Positions 27,652 through 37,854 of a stretch of DNA of 64,000 nt are shown piece by piece. The stretch is from assembly GCA_943349825.1 (NCBI GenBank), contig CALQZQ010000004.1, positions 51,866 to 115,865 of the forward strand. The letters run 5' to 3'. Every line of letters begins with the position of its first letter. The first letter of the stretch is position 1. The notes beneath the pieces were generated by a model that was not told where the DNA came from, did not search any database, and was given only the letters and a program-made list of their open reading frames with translations. Source of the DNA: Candidatus Peribacteria bacterium (GTDB lineage: Bacteria; Patescibacteriota; Gracilibacteria; UBA1369; 2-02-FULL-48-14). The position numbers and the translations under genes are program-made.

Positions 27652-28572
27652 ATGGGAAGGATTCTTGGGGATCACAGCGCTACAGATTCCATAGCTTTGG
27701 GTTTGCGAGAAATTGCTCGCCAGCACTATTTGGGGGAAATGCCTCCGGAGCTTGCTAAACACCGCATCCAAACTCTAGCGAACCCCAATTTCCCGGTACG
27801 TTCCTTAAGTTTTGCTTTTAGGAGACTTTTGTATCAGACTTTCCCAGGTTTAGATCCAGCGGTACAAGCGGAATTGTTTCATTTGGGACAGGTTGATCCT
27901 AGGTGCAGGATACCTTCAGTGGTTCAAACTGGAGATTCTTTACTGAGACATATCCCTGGCACAACTTTACTGCCCACCCGCACCTCTTATCGCTTGGGTC
28001 AGTGTGCCCGTCCGCTACTCAATGGGGCTTTGTATGAAGGGCCTCGACCTAAAGTCTTTGAATTTGGGGTTGGATCTGGAATTGTTGCGGCCTCTCTTCT
28101 AAGAGACTGTGGTGAGGAAGCCGTTGAGTATTTTGGTGGTGAGCTCGATCCCTCTGCTGCTCGTGCTGCGAAGGAAAGCATGAGGTGGAATGGATTTAGA
28201 CCAGAGACCTGTAGTGTTAGTGTGGGCGATGGTTTCGCGGTTTTGCCTCGAGATGCAAAAATGGATTTGATTGTCTCCAATCCTCCTTACTGGATTTCTA
28301 GAGGGGCGAAGAGTCCAAAGGCTAGAACATTGGGCCCGGCTCTGGCACTGGATGGAGGTGAGGACGGGACCGTTTTTTATTCCAGAATTCTCAAGGAGGG
28401 TGCTGGCTATATTAAAGCGGGCGGCCATTTTTTGCTTCAGGTTCCTCTTCCACTGGTAGACCGCATAACGGAAATGGCTCAGGCTGAGTATCCGGCCTCA
28501 GTGGTCTCTAGGGCTGCGCTTGAGCCACAGCGTGAAGGTTCTGATGTGGCGTTGGTGGTACAGGCAGCATAA
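27652..28572 (+). CDS. PrmC/HemK-like N5-glutamine methyltransferase, divergent
   Basis: FEFGVGSGIV, DLIVSNPPY, LALDGGEDG. Confidence 0.8.
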   Translation: MGRILGDHSATDSIALGLREIARQHYLGEMPPELAKHRIQTLANPNFPVRSLSFAFRRLLYQTFPGLDPAVQAELFHLGQVDPRCRIPSVVQTGDSLLRHIPGTTLLPTRTSYRLGQCARPLLNGALYEGPRPKVFEFGVGSGIVAASLLRDCGEEAVEYFGGELDPSAARAAKESMRWNGFRPETCSVSVGDGFAVLPRDAKMDLIVSNPPYWISRGAKSPKARTLGPALALDGGEDGTVFYSRILKEGAGYIKAGGHFLLQVPLPLVDRITEMAQAEYPASVVSRAALEPQREGSDVALVVQAA

Positions 28573-28590
28573 AAACTGGTCGGAGTGGCG
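28572..28590 (-). repeat. 19-bp duplication of the tRNA-Pro 3' end (att-like scar)
   Basis: AAAACTGGTCGGAGTGGCG at 28572-28590 is identical to 28627-28645. Confidence 0.7.
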
Positions 28591-28631
28591 AATATTTTGT
28601 GACCAACTCCTCCCATTTTACTTCGTAAAAC

Positions 28632-28708
28632 TGGTCGGAGTGGCGGGATTCGAACCCACGACCTCGGCGTCCCGAACGCCGCGCGCTAGCCAACTGCGCT
28701 ACACCCCG
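28632..28708 (-). tRNA. tRNA-Pro (CGG)
   Basis: CGGGGTGTAGCGCAGTTGGCTAGCGCG-CGGCG TT CGG GA CGCCG-..GGTTCGAATCC..CCGACCA; 77 nt. Confidence 0.97.
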
Positions 28709-28767
28709 ATGGTGGGGAGTTTAGCGAAAAACTTTTCGCGGGGGAAGCGAAGGTGTAGATTTTATTC

Positions 28768-29715
28768 ATGAAAACTCAATGCACTCTACCCGCTTTTCAA
28801 ACGCAGTTCAAAGTTGCTGTTATTGGTGCGGGAAACGTGGGGGCGACGGCGGCCTACGCCATGCTGCTGGATGGTACGCCCAGCGAACTCGTGATTGTGG
28901 ATCGCAATAAAGAGAAGGCCGAAGGGTTGATGCTGGATATGGAGCATTCTATGGCGTTTCTGGACTACACCAAGGTGGTGGGCACGGACGACGTACGATT
29001 GTGCAAAAATTCGCAGCTGATTGTGGTGACGGCGGGTGCGCGCCAGCAAGAAGGGGAGACGCGCTTGGATTTGATCAAAAAAAACCGTGCTATTTTTAAG
29101 GAACTGATTCCGCAACTGGCGAAGGTGGCGCCCAAGGCCATTTTGCTCATCGTCAGCAACCCGGTGGATGTGCTCACGTATGAAGCGCACAAGCTTTCCG
29201 GTTTTCCGTGGGGCCGCGTGTTTGGATCGGGTACCATGTTGGATACGGCGCGCTTGCGCTTCCATCTTTCCCAGGAACTGTGTTTGAGTGCCAAGAGTGT
29301 GGAGGCTTTTATTTTGGGCGAACATGGCGATACGTCTTTCCCGGTGTGGAGCAGTGCGAATGTGGCGGGCATGCCACTGATGAAGGTGCCGGGCTTCTCC
29401 AAGAGCATGGCGAACGGCGCTTACAAAGACACGCGAGAGGCGGCTTACCGTATCATCCACGATATGGGCTACACGTGTTATTCCATAGGCACGGTGATTC
29501 GCGAACTGATGAAGCATATCTTTCAACATTCACGCGTGGTATTGCCACTCTCTGTCCCGCTGCAAGGGGAGTATGGAATTAAAGATGTGGCGCTGAGTGT
29601 GCCTTGTGTGCTGGACAGCAACGGAGTTTCCGGCATCGTGGAAGTGCCACTGAGTGCGCTTGAAAAAAAGCAGCTCAAAAAATCGGCGGCAACGTTGAAG
29701 GGGTATTTGCGCTGA
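28768..29715 (+). CDS. ldh: L-lactate dehydrogenase
   Basis: VIGAGNVG, TAGARQQEGETRLDL, SNPVD, SGTMLDTAR, GEHGD. Confidence 0.93.
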   Translation: MKTQCTLPAFQTQFKVAVIGAGNVGATAAYAMLLDGTPSELVIVDRNKEKAEGLMLDMEHSMAFLDYTKVVGTDDVRLCKNSQLIVVTAGARQQEGETRLDLIKKNRAIFKELIPQLAKVAPKAILLIVSNPVDVLTYEAHKLSGFPWGRVFGSGTMLDTARLRFHLSQELCLSAKSVEAFILGEHGDTSFPVWSSANVAGMPLMKVPGFSKSMANGAYKDTREAAYRIIHDMGYTCYSIGTVIRELMKHIFQHSRVVLPLSVPLQGEYGIKDVALSVPCVLDSNGVSGIVEVPLSALEKKQLKKSAATLKGYLR

Positions 29716-29717
29716 GA

Positions 29718-30110
29718 TCAGTGTCTGCGGCTCAACCAGTCGTTGATATGGCCTCTTATACCCTCTCTTATGGCACTTACTGTTTTATGGTTCGGACCGT
29801 GAGCCAAACTCGCTTCATACTTTTTTCTTCGTAGTTCAGCCAGGCCCGCTTCATATCGCGTGTGGTCGAGATCTAGTGCCAGGGCGCGGCGCTCTGGATT
29901 GTGCCCAAATTTTGCGTCGCTTAAGTGTGGGATTTGGTTTTCAAGCATGCCTAGCGAGATTCGTAAGCCTTCCACCTGTCTCTCCAAGAAGCTTAAGGCT
30001 TCAGCAGCTTTTTTTGGACACCATTCCCTTGCTAAGGCGTCGTCTAAGTCCCAGAGTCGGCGGTACTCCTCTGCGGTCAGTTCTATTACACCTTGTCTTC
30101 CCCCATCCAT
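29718..30110 (-). CDS. hypothetical protein (orphan)
   Basis: 130-aa ORF with TTGACA upstream. Confidence 0.6.
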   Translation of the reverse strand: MDGGRQGVIELTAEEYRRLWDLDDALAREWCPKKAAEALSFLERQVEGLRISLGMLENQIPHLSDAKFGHNPERRALALDLDHTRYEAGLAELRRKKYEASLAHGPNHKTVSAIREGIRGHINDWLSRRH

Positions 30111-30174
30111 AGTCTGAGTTTTAAGATTGATCTATAAATATTAAAACCCATAGTTTGTGTTTTGTCAACAGCCT

Positions 30175-31380
30175 TTACTCCAAACAGGACACCGTCCATG
30201 AACTCATGCCCGTGCCGCCGTAAGCGTCTTTCAATTCTTTTCCAATCGGCCGATAGACAGGTGAATCGTTGGTGAAATCGATCAGGAAGAGGCGGGAAAA
30301 GGTGACCGTACCGCCGCTGTTGCAGGAGGTGCTCACGAGCAGATGCTCATCGTCGCCGCAGAAGTTGGGGTAGTTGAAGCTGATGCCTTGGCAGGAAGCG
30401 AAGTCGGGGTCGTAGGCAGAGAGCAGTTCTGCACTGGGATCTGGTAAGAAGAGGGAAGTGGAACCGAATTTGTTTCCGTCGAATATTTTTTTCAAAAGGC
30501 CACCGCCTGTAGAGTTGTCGCAGAGGGTGGTGAGGCTTTCCAAGCCAAAAGCACAGTGACCACTTTTTTCTCCCCAACTCGTGCTTGTTTGGGTTTGAGT
30601 GTCGTAGACTTGGGCTACGGCGCCGCTGCCGTTTCTGGTTTGATGGAAAACAATATAGCGGCCGTCGCCGGAGTACTGGGAATCTTCACCATCTGTTATG
30701 CTAGGCACGGGGCTCGCGTTGCTGATGGATAGGCCGTCTGCACTGAGCGAAGCCTGCATGAGTTGGCTGGTGTTCGTGTCTTCGTAAAGCAGGGTCTTCC
30801 CGTCGGGGCTGACTTCCGGCCAGCTGGCATTGCTGGTGAGGGTATTTGTTTCACCCGTGGTCAGATCCACTACGCCGAGGTCTTTGCTATGCACGTTTTT
30901 GAAAATGCTGAAGTAGGCCACGGTGCCATTGGGGTTCCAGGCAGGGTAGCTTTCGCTCACGGGTGTTTCCGTGGCGCGGGTCACGGTGCTCACGGTGCCA
31001 TCATCCAGATCCAAATCTGCGGTGTAGAGGTCACACTGGTTTTGTTCATTGCGGTCAGCGCAATCGCTGTTGGTGTCAAAATTTGCTCCAAAAATGATTT
31101 TGTGAGTTTCCGTGTCGGCGGGTTGAGGGCTCGTGATTGTGCCGGTTTCACTGCCGGTGTTGCTGGTGCTGCCCGAATAATAATAAAGATTGATGTCGCT
31201 TTGAGTGGCTACTTCTAGCACGGAAATGAGCAGAGGTTGAACTTGGTAGTCGTAAACCGGCGAGTCTTGCCCGGGCAAAGGGGGCTCCGCGCAGGTCGAA
31301 TTGGCTCGGCTGCCGCAGGTGGCTTTGTCGGGTAGAAGGGCAACCACGATCAGGGCAGTGGCGAGGAGGAATTTTTTCAT
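30175..31380 (-). CDS. secreted TolB-like/PD40 beta-propeller protein
   Basis: Signal peptide; YPAWNPNG, WPEVSPDGK, QYSGDGR repeats; many Cys. Confidence 0.8.
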   Translation of the reverse strand: MKKFLLATALIVVALLPDKATCGSRANSTCAEPPLPGQDSPVYDYQVQPLLISVLEVATQSDINLYYYSGSTSNTGSETGTITSPQPADTETHKIIFGANFDTNSDCADRNEQNQCDLYTADLDLDDGTVSTVTRATETPVSESYPAWNPNGTVAYFSIFKNVHSKDLGVVDLTTGETNTLTSNASWPEVSPDGKTLLYEDTNTSQLMQASLSADGLSISNASPVPSITDGEDSQYSGDGRYIVFHQTRNGSGAVAQVYDTQTQTSTSWGEKSGHCAFGLESLTTLCDNSTGGGLLKKIFDGNKFGSTSLFLPDPSAELLSAYDPDFASCQGISFNYPNFCGDDEHLLVSTSCNSGGTVTFSRLFLIDFTNDSPVYRPIGKELKDAYGGTGMSSWTVSCLE

Positions 31381-31406
31381 CAGTTGGATTTTAATTGTTC
31401 TACCAG

Positions 31407-32324
31407 TCAGTCGCTCATAAGGTCTACGATCTCGAGGTTGGAAGGTGAGGTGGGACCTTTTTCTACGGCCCTAAAACTATGCCCGGCGTTTTCCACGGGA
31501 ATCAAAGTGGCTTCTACTCCTGCTGCCACTAAAGCATCGTAAAACATTTGGCTTTGCTCAAATGGGACTAAATCGTCTTCTTCCCCGTGAATGATCAAAA
31601 AGGGAGGGTCGTCGGAGCTCACATAGGTGATGGGACTTTGATCAGCGCCATCTTTGTAGGAACTGTCTCCGAAAGCACTTTTGAGCAATTCTGGCGGATT
31701 TCCTTCGAATTGGATGGTGAGGTCTGCAGGGCCGTACATATCCACTACGGCCTCTACTTCGCTGGAAAACTCAAGGTAGTCCCCGGTATCCCAAGCGCTC
31801 ATTTCCGCAGAAGTTCCGAGCAAGCTGACCAAATGCCCCCCGGCGCTGCCGCCGTAGGCCCCGATGTGATCGGGATCAATATTGTAGCTGCTTGCGTTAG
31901 CACGAAGGTAACGCACGGCACATTTTATGTCTTCAATGTTGGTGGGGAAAACACTGGCAGGCGCCAAACTGTAGTTGACTGCAGCCACTGCGATTCCTTT
32001 TTCATTGAGAGCTTCTCTATAAGTTGCTAGATCTGTTTTATCTCCTTTGCTCCAGCCTCCGCCGTGCACGTAGAGAACCACCGGGAAAGGATCCGTGGAA
32101 TCCAAAGACTCTGCGGTGGGGTAGTAAAAATCCAGAATCTCCATTTCGTTCATAGAACAATAGGAGACGTTTTCATCCACTGTGCCGAGTTTTTCTTCTG
32201 AAAATGTGCTTTGGGTTTCGCTGGGTATATCTGTAACGGGCTCTTCTTCTGTAGGCGATTCGGCCCTTTTTCCGCTGCAGCTCGTCAGCACGAGGAGTCC
32301 CAATAGGAAGAAAAAGGTTTTCAT
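31407..32324 (-). CDS. alpha/beta-hydrolase (HSL-like esterase) lipoprotein
   Basis: Lipobox [28 protein letters not shown]-terminus apparently cut by TGA. Confidence 0.9.
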   Translation of the reverse strand: MKTFFFLLGLLVLTSCSGKRAESPTEEEPVTDIPSETQSTFSEEKLGTVDENVSYCSMNEMEILDFYYPTAESLDSTDPFPVVLYVHGGGWSKGDKTDLATYREALNEKGIAVAAVNYSLAPASVFPTNIEDIKCAVRYLRANASSYNIDPDHIGAYGGSAGGHLVSLLGTSAEMSAWDTGDYLEFSSEVEAVVDMYGPADLTIQFEGNPPELLKSAFGDSSYKDGADQSPITYVSSDDPPFLIIHGEEDDLVPFEQSQMFYDALVAAGVEATLIPVENAGHSFRAVEKGPTSPSNLEIVDLMSD

Positions 32325-32348
32325 CAACAAGGTGTGAAAAAGCAAAAT

Positions 32349-32425
32349 TGGTCGGAGTGGCGGGACTTGAACCCACGGCCTCTTGCACCCCATGCAAGCG
32401 CGCTAGCCAACTGCGCTACACCCCG
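32349..32425 (-). tRNA. tRNA-Pro (GGG)
   Basis: CTTGC AT GGG GT GCAAG anticodon arm, GGTTCAAGTCC, 3' CCA; 77 nt. Confidence 0.97.
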
Positions 32426-32559
32426 ACGTGCACCCTTTTTAGCAGATTTTGCTCTAAAACAAAACCTTTTTAGTGAAAGAGCATTTGTTTTCCGTCGTAT
32501 TGACAGATCTTAATAGATTTCATAGTATAAGCTTCTTTCAAATCATTAACACTCCTTTT

Positions 32560-35500
32560 ATGTTTAGCCTTCGCGGTTTGCGCAATACAATAGTGTTTGG
32601 TGCGGTTTTAGCTGTGGCTTACAGTTTTGCCCTTTTCTCGGCTCCTTCAACGGAAGCTGCGATTTGTCGCACGAATTTCGTTTACGTTGATTCTGGCGCC
32701 GGTACGGATCGCGCGGGATGTTGGGGAACCAACTCTGCGGATGCTTACGCCACGATTTCTGCAGCTTTGGCTGACCGAAATGCCAATTATTCCGGAACGG
32801 AGATCACCATTTACTTCAAGGGTGACGTCAATCAAACCTTGGACAACAGTGGATCTTCCAACAATGTGTATTTGAGACCGCAAACCTTGGGTGCTAGCAC
32901 TAAGGCGATTTTTACCGTGAAAGGAAGTAACTATATTCGAGTAGCCTATTTTAAATTCACTAGTTCAGGAGGAGTAAAGATGAATGGGACTGGAAACAAT
33001 ATTACGGTGGAAAACAACACGTTCAGTACGGCCACCACCTTTATTGATATTACAGGTTCCAATACGGCCATTATTGAGGATAATACTTTCCAATCTGGGT
33101 ACATTTACGACCACAACAATGCTGGACGCGTGACCATTTGGACCAATACCTTTACTGGAGCAGGTTCCAAAGGGGGATACCATGTTTCTGTTAACACTCA
33201 ATCTTCCGGGGGCATTGATTTTGTGGGAAACAAAATCACCAGCACGAGTGGCAACGGACTTTCCATGACTAGCGCTTCGGGAGCGATCATCATGAGCAAC
33301 ACCTTCACGGGGCCCGGTTCGGTGAGTTCTACCGCTGTGCAGCTTTCTGGTACTACAGGGAACATCCAAAACAACACCGTGACCGGTTATGGAAAAGGCT
33401 TTTTGGCACTTGGAACAGGAGCTACCAACCTCAACTATGTGGACAACAATAAGGTCACTTTGACCGATACGGCTACGGCTGAATCCATTGGATTTGGGTT
33501 CACAGGCATGAACATCACTCATTTTACCAACAACACGGTTTCTTCCGGGGATTATGGCCTTAAGGTGAACACCACTACGGTGAATGAAGTGCTGACGAAC
33601 ACTTTCACGAGCCTCAGTTATGCCGTGTTTGGAGATGCCCTCAGCCAACTTACCACTGTTTCCAATAATGGTTTTAGCTCTGTGGGTACGGGAATTTGGT
33701 TGGTGATGAGCACGTTCACGACCATCGATAGCAATCAACTGGCAGCGAGCTCTTATGGAATTTTATTGGAGACTACTAAGGGTAAATTCAGCAGCTGGAA
33801 TAGCGAAGGCACGCCTTCTGATCCTCCCGGAACCACCACTGCGGCTCAGTCTGTGATCAAGAACAATACGATCACGGGATCCAATGTGGGTATTGCGATG
33901 GCTGCTTACAATGTGGACGACATTCATAAAAATACTTTTGTGAATGTGGTGGATGGAACGGATATGTTCTTTTCTGCGGTCAACATTTTTAAGAACAATG
34001 TCTTGGGGCACAATGTGGCGATGGCCAATGGAAGAGGAGTTTATTTGAATGCTTCTTCTTTGGCTGATTTTTCTCGCAATGCTTTCAATGCCTTCCAATC
34101 TGGACTCAAGATGGAAGCGGCTTCTACGATTTCTACGCTTTTCGACAGCAATTCTTTCTCCGGTGGTACTTATGGAGTTTATTTGAACAGCTCTACTTTG
34201 GCGGTGCCTGTGACGAATGGTGTTTTTGCAGCGATGCCCAATGGGGTTTATCTTACGGCAGGGACTACGGGTTTCACGGTGCTTTATTCTACTTTCTATA
34301 GCAATACTACGGCGGTGCTTGTGGCAGCGAATTTGCCTGCCGGCAACGTGGTGAAGCTCGCCAACAACGTGTACTCCCAGTTCGGCCCTTACGCCGTGAG
34401 TGTTTTGGACAGTGCCGATTTGGGGCTGCTCGATTACAACGTTTATGAGCACGTGGCCGGGACCGCGATTCTGAATGTGCCTACCGGAGCTGTGACTTTG
34501 ACCGGGGCACGTGCGGGTGGTTTTGAAATCAATGCTTACGAAGAGAATGGCACCACGTTGGTTAACCCTGCCGCCGGGGACTATCACTTGCAAGCGGTGT
34601 CTCGTGCTGTGAACAGTGCAGATGTCACTTTTGTGGTAGCCAAAGATTTTGAGAACCGTGCGCGTCCAGTGTGTGTGACTTCTGACCGTGGAGCTTTTGA
34701 AGCTACTTCAGCTGCTTTTGCCGCTTTGTTTGATGGCGATGGAGATGGACTTTGTAACTTCCAGGAAACGGCGTGGGGAACGAGTGGAACTTCCACCGAT
34801 AGCGATGCCGATGGCGTGGCTGACTACAAGGAAATTTATCAAACGCTGACGGATCCCACCTTGGCCGACACCGACGGAGATGGCTACAGCGATGGGGAAG
34901 AAGTGCTGACTTACGGTACGGATCCTCTGGATGCTTTGGATCACGTGAACGACAGCGATCGTGACGGTATGGATGACACTTGGGAAACACTTTACGGCCT
35001 GGATCCTTTGGATGCCAGTGATGCCGCTACCGATTTAGATGGCGACGGTCTCACTAATCTTGAAGAGTACGAGGCGGATATGGATCCTTCTGATGCTGAC
35101 ATGGACAACGACGGATTGAACGATGGCGACGAAGTGAGTGCCGGTACCGACTGGATCAATCCCGATACGGATGCGGATGGCATGGAAGACGGCTTTGAAG
35201 TGACTTACGGCCTCGATCCCCTTTCTGATGACAGTGGTGACGATGCTGATTCCGATGGACTCACTAACTTGGAAGAGTACGACGCGGATACAGATCCCAC
35301 CGATAGCGATACCGATGGTGATGGAATGGACGATTACTGGGAACTCAACAATAGCCTCAATCCCACTCGCAACGATGGAGCTTCAGATTACGACCGTGAT
35401 GGACTCAGTAATCGTGAAGAGTACGTGCTGGGAACTTATCCCGATGACGACGACACGGATGGCGACGGTTATACGGATGGGGTGGAAGTGACGTATTCCA

Positions 35501-37854
35501 CGGATCCTTTGGATGCGGCAAGTTACCCCACTATCATCGACGATGATAGTGATGGAATGGACGATGCCTGGGAAGCTTTGTACAGCTGTATGAACGAAAC
35601 GGTGGACGACTCCACCGGCGATTCTGATGCCGATGGCCTCACGAACTACGAAGAATACACTTACTCTTCCAATCCTTGTGACGACGACACCGATGGTGAC
35701 ACGATGGACGACGGCTGGGAAGCGACTTACGGCCTCGACTTGAACACCAACGATGCGTCCAGTGATTTGGATGGAGATGGACTCAACAATTGGGAAGAAT
35801 ACCGTGAGGGCACGGACCCCAGCGACACGGATACTGACGGAGACTCCTTTGGAGACGGCGCAGAAGACACGGCCGGGACAGATCCTTTGGATGCCAGTGA
35901 CTTTCCACCGGATGGAGATTTGGATGGCCTGGCCGACCTCTGGGAAGACAGTTACAGCTGTATGGATTCCAGCGTGAACGATGCGGCCACCGACGACGAT
36001 GCGGACGGGCTCACGGCTTTGCAAGAGTATGGCTACGACACCAATCCTTGTGATGACGACACGGACAGCGACGGCATGGACGACGCTTGGGAAATCGATT
36101 ACGGCCTGGATGCTACGGTGAGCAGCGCTTCCACCGATACGGATTCTGACGGACTCACGGACTTGGAAGAGTACATTCTTGGCTCTGTGCCTACGGACAC
36201 CGATACGGATGGAGATGGCATGCCCGATGGTTGGGAAGAGAGTTATGGGCTCGATCTGCTTGTGAACGATGCGGCCAGTGATTTGGATGGAGACACTTTG
36301 ACCAACTTGGTGGAATACACTTTGGGAACTTCTCCTGCCAGCACGGACTCAGATGCAGATGGGATGCCCGACGCTTGGGAATACAGTTACGGTTTGGATG
36401 CGACGAGCAACGACGCCTCCAGCGACTTCGATAGCGATGGCCTCAACAATTTGGCCGAGTACACGGCTGGTACGGATCCCACGAACACGGATACAGACGG
36501 GGATGCCTACGGCGACGGAGTGGAGGTGAATGCGAGCACGGATCCTTTGGATGCTGCCGATCATCCTACCGATTCCGACGGAGACGGTATGGACGACATT
36601 TGGGAAGCCAGCTACACCTGTATGGATGCCGCCGTTTCCGATGCTACTACGGATGATGATGTCGATGGCCTGACGGCTACTGAGGAATACACGGCTGGTA
36701 CGGATCCTTGTACCGCCGACACCGATGGTGACGGATTCGACGATGGCGAAGAAATCTCTGGAGGCTACGACCCTTTGGATGCCACCGACTATCCCTTGGA
36801 TGCGGACGGCGATGGACTTCTGGATACCTGGGAAGTTTTATACAGCTGTATGGATGCCGCCGTTTCCGATGCTACTACCGATGATGATGTCGATGGCCTG
36901 ACGGCTACTGAGGAATACACGGCCGGTACGGATCCTTGTACAGCGGACAGCGATGGTGACGGATTCGACGATGGCGAAGAAATCTCTGGAGGCTACGATC
37001 CTTTGGATGCCACTGATTACCCCTTGGATGCGGATGGCGACGGACTCCTAGATACCTGGGAAGTTTTATACAGCTGTATGGATGCCGCCGTTTCCGATGC
37101 TACTACGGATGATGATGTCGATGGCCTGACGGCTACTGAGGAATACACGGCTGGTACGGATCCTTGTACCGCCGACACCGATGGTGACGGATTCGACGAT
37201 GGCGAAGAAGTGGATGCTGGGACCGATCCTTTGGATGCTCTGGATTTTCCTGCGGACTCTGATGGAGACGGTCTTACGGATGCTGAAGAAGCGCTTTTGG
37301 GGACGGATCCCTTTAGCAATGACTCTGATGGAGATTTGTTCACGGACGGTTACGAAGTGGAACAGGCCAGCGATCCTAGCAGTTCTGCCAGTACGCCCAG
37401 TTTGACGGTGAGCGTAGCGAACTACAGTGCGTTGGTGGGCTACGGTGAAAGTGGTAGTTGGACCTACTACGTGTATGGCTATGACGAAACACTGTTCCTC
37501 TCTATGACCACTTCGGATCAGTATTACGTTCAAAATGATTTCCGGACAACCCCTACAGGTGTGGTTGGTGCCGGCTTTGATGAGACCCAATACTTGGGGT
37601 CCGTTCTTGTTGAATTCTGTTCTCGAAGAACGGCCAGTGCCGATCCTACCTCGGACACGTGTTCTTCAGTCCCCGACTACAGTGCTGTGGGATCTCCTAC
37701 GACTCAAGCAACCCATTTAACGAGTTCAGCTCAAATGGAGGCGTGGACGGGACGTTTGTCTTTGTACTATACCTTCGATGACTTTTATTGGGTGCGGTCT
37801 GCGGATTCGACTCCCGAAGCCTTTGACTCTTTCCGTATTTCTCTAGGGTCTTAG
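32560..37854 (+). CDS. large secreted surface protein: parallel beta-helix region plus many DxDxDG Ca-binding (TSP3-like) repeats
   Basis: Signal peptide; N-x-F beta-helix periodicity; DTDGDG..D..E..GTDP repeats; TTGACA-17-TAGTAT promoter at 32500-32528. Confidence 0.88.
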   Translation: MFSLRGLRNTIVFGAVLAVAYSFALFSAPSTEAAICRTNFVYVDSGAGTDRAGCWGTNSADAYATISAALADRNANYSGTEITIYFKGDVNQTLDNSGSSNNVYLRPQTLGASTKAIFTVKGSNYIRVAYFKFTSSGGVKMNGTGNNITVENNTFSTATTFIDITGSNTAIIEDNTFQSGYIYDHNNAGRVTIWTNTFTGAGSKGGYHVSVNTQSSGGIDFVGNKITSTSGNGLSMTSASGAIIMSNTFTGPGSVSSTAVQLSGTTGNIQNNTVTGYGKGFLALGTGATNLNYVDNNKVTLTDTATAESIGFGFTGMNITHFTNNTVSSGDYGLKVNTTTVNEVLTNTFTSLSYAVFGDALSQLTTVSNNGFSSVGTGIWLVMSTFTTIDSNQLAASSYGILLETTKGKFSSWNSEGTPSDPPGTTTAAQSVIKNNTITGSNVGIAMAAYNVDDIHKNTFVNVVDGTDMFFSAVNIFKNNVLGHNVAMANGRGVYLNASSLADFSRNAFNAFQSGLKMEAASTISTLFDSNSFSGGTYGVYLNSSTLAVPVTNGVFAAMPNGVYLTAGTTGFTVLYSTFYSNTTAVLVAANLPAGNVVKLANNVYSQFGPYAVSVLDSADLGLLDYNVYEHVAGTAILNVPTGAVTLTGARAGGFEINAYEENGTTLVNPAAGDYHLQAVSRAVNSADVTFVVAKDFENRARPVCVTSDRGAFEATSAAFAALFDGDGDGLCNFQETAWGTSGTSTDSDADGVADYKEIYQTLTDPTLADTDGDGYSDGEEVLTYGTDPLDALDHVNDSDRDGMDDTWETLYGLDPLDASDAATDLDGDGLTNLEEYEADMDPSDADMDNDGLNDGDEVSAGTDWINPDTDADGMEDGFEVTYGLDPLSDDSGDDADSDGLTNLEEYDADTDPTDSDTDGDGMDDYWELNNSLNPTRNDGASDYDRDGLSNREEYVLGTYPDDDDTDGDGYTDGVEVTYSTDPLDAASYPTIIDDDSDGMDDAWEALYSCMNETVDDSTGDSDADGLTNYEEYTYSSNPCDDDTDGDTMDDGWEATYGLDLNTNDASSDLDGDGLNNWEEYREGTDPSDTDTDGDSFGDGAEDTAGTDPLDASDFPPDGDLDGLADLWEDSYSCMDSSVNDAATDDDADGLTALQEYGYDTNPCDDDTDSDGMDDAWEIDYGLDATVSSASTDTDSDGLTDLEEYILGSVPTDTDTDGDGMPDGWEESYGLDLLVNDAASDLDGDTLTNLVEYTLGTSPASTDSDADGMPDAWEYSYGLDATSNDASSDFDSDGLNNLAEYTAGTDPTNTDTDGDAYGDGVEVNASTDPLDAADHPTDSDGDGMDDIWEASYTCMDAAVSDATTDDDVDGLTATEEYTAGTDPCTADTDGDGFDDGEEISGGYDPLDATDYPLDADGDGLLDTWEVLYSCMDAAVSDATTDDDVDGLTATEEYTAGTDPCTADSDGDGFDDGEEISGGYDPLDATDYPLDADGDGLLDTWEVLYSCMDAAVSDATTDDDVDGLTATEEYTAGTDPCTADTDGDGFDDGEEVDAGTDPLDALDFPADSDGDGLTDAEEALLGTDPFSNDSDGDLFTDGYEVEQASDPSSSASTPSLTVSVANYSALVGYGESGSWTYYVYGYDETLFLSMTTSDQYYVQNDFRTTPTGVVGAGFDETQYLGSVLVEFCSRRTASADPTSDTCSSVPDYSAVGSPTTQATHLTSSAQMEAWTGRLSLYYTFDDFYWVRSADSTPEAFDSFRISLGS
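36618..37209 (+). repeat. ~2.6 near-identical 228-bp (76-aa) tandem repeats
   Basis: CTGTATGGATGCCGCCGTTTCCGATGCTAC starts at 36618, 36846 and 37074. Confidence 0.9.

Noticed and set aside
28632..32425. Two tRNA-Pro with near-identical ends as attL/attR of a 3.6-kb island
   Set aside because: Both are complete isoacceptors (CGG and GGG), no integrase is present and the interval includes ldh.
34730..37380. CRISPR-like or DGR-like repeats
   Set aside because: In-frame coding repeats with mostly synonymous variation; no spacers, cas or reverse transcriptase.
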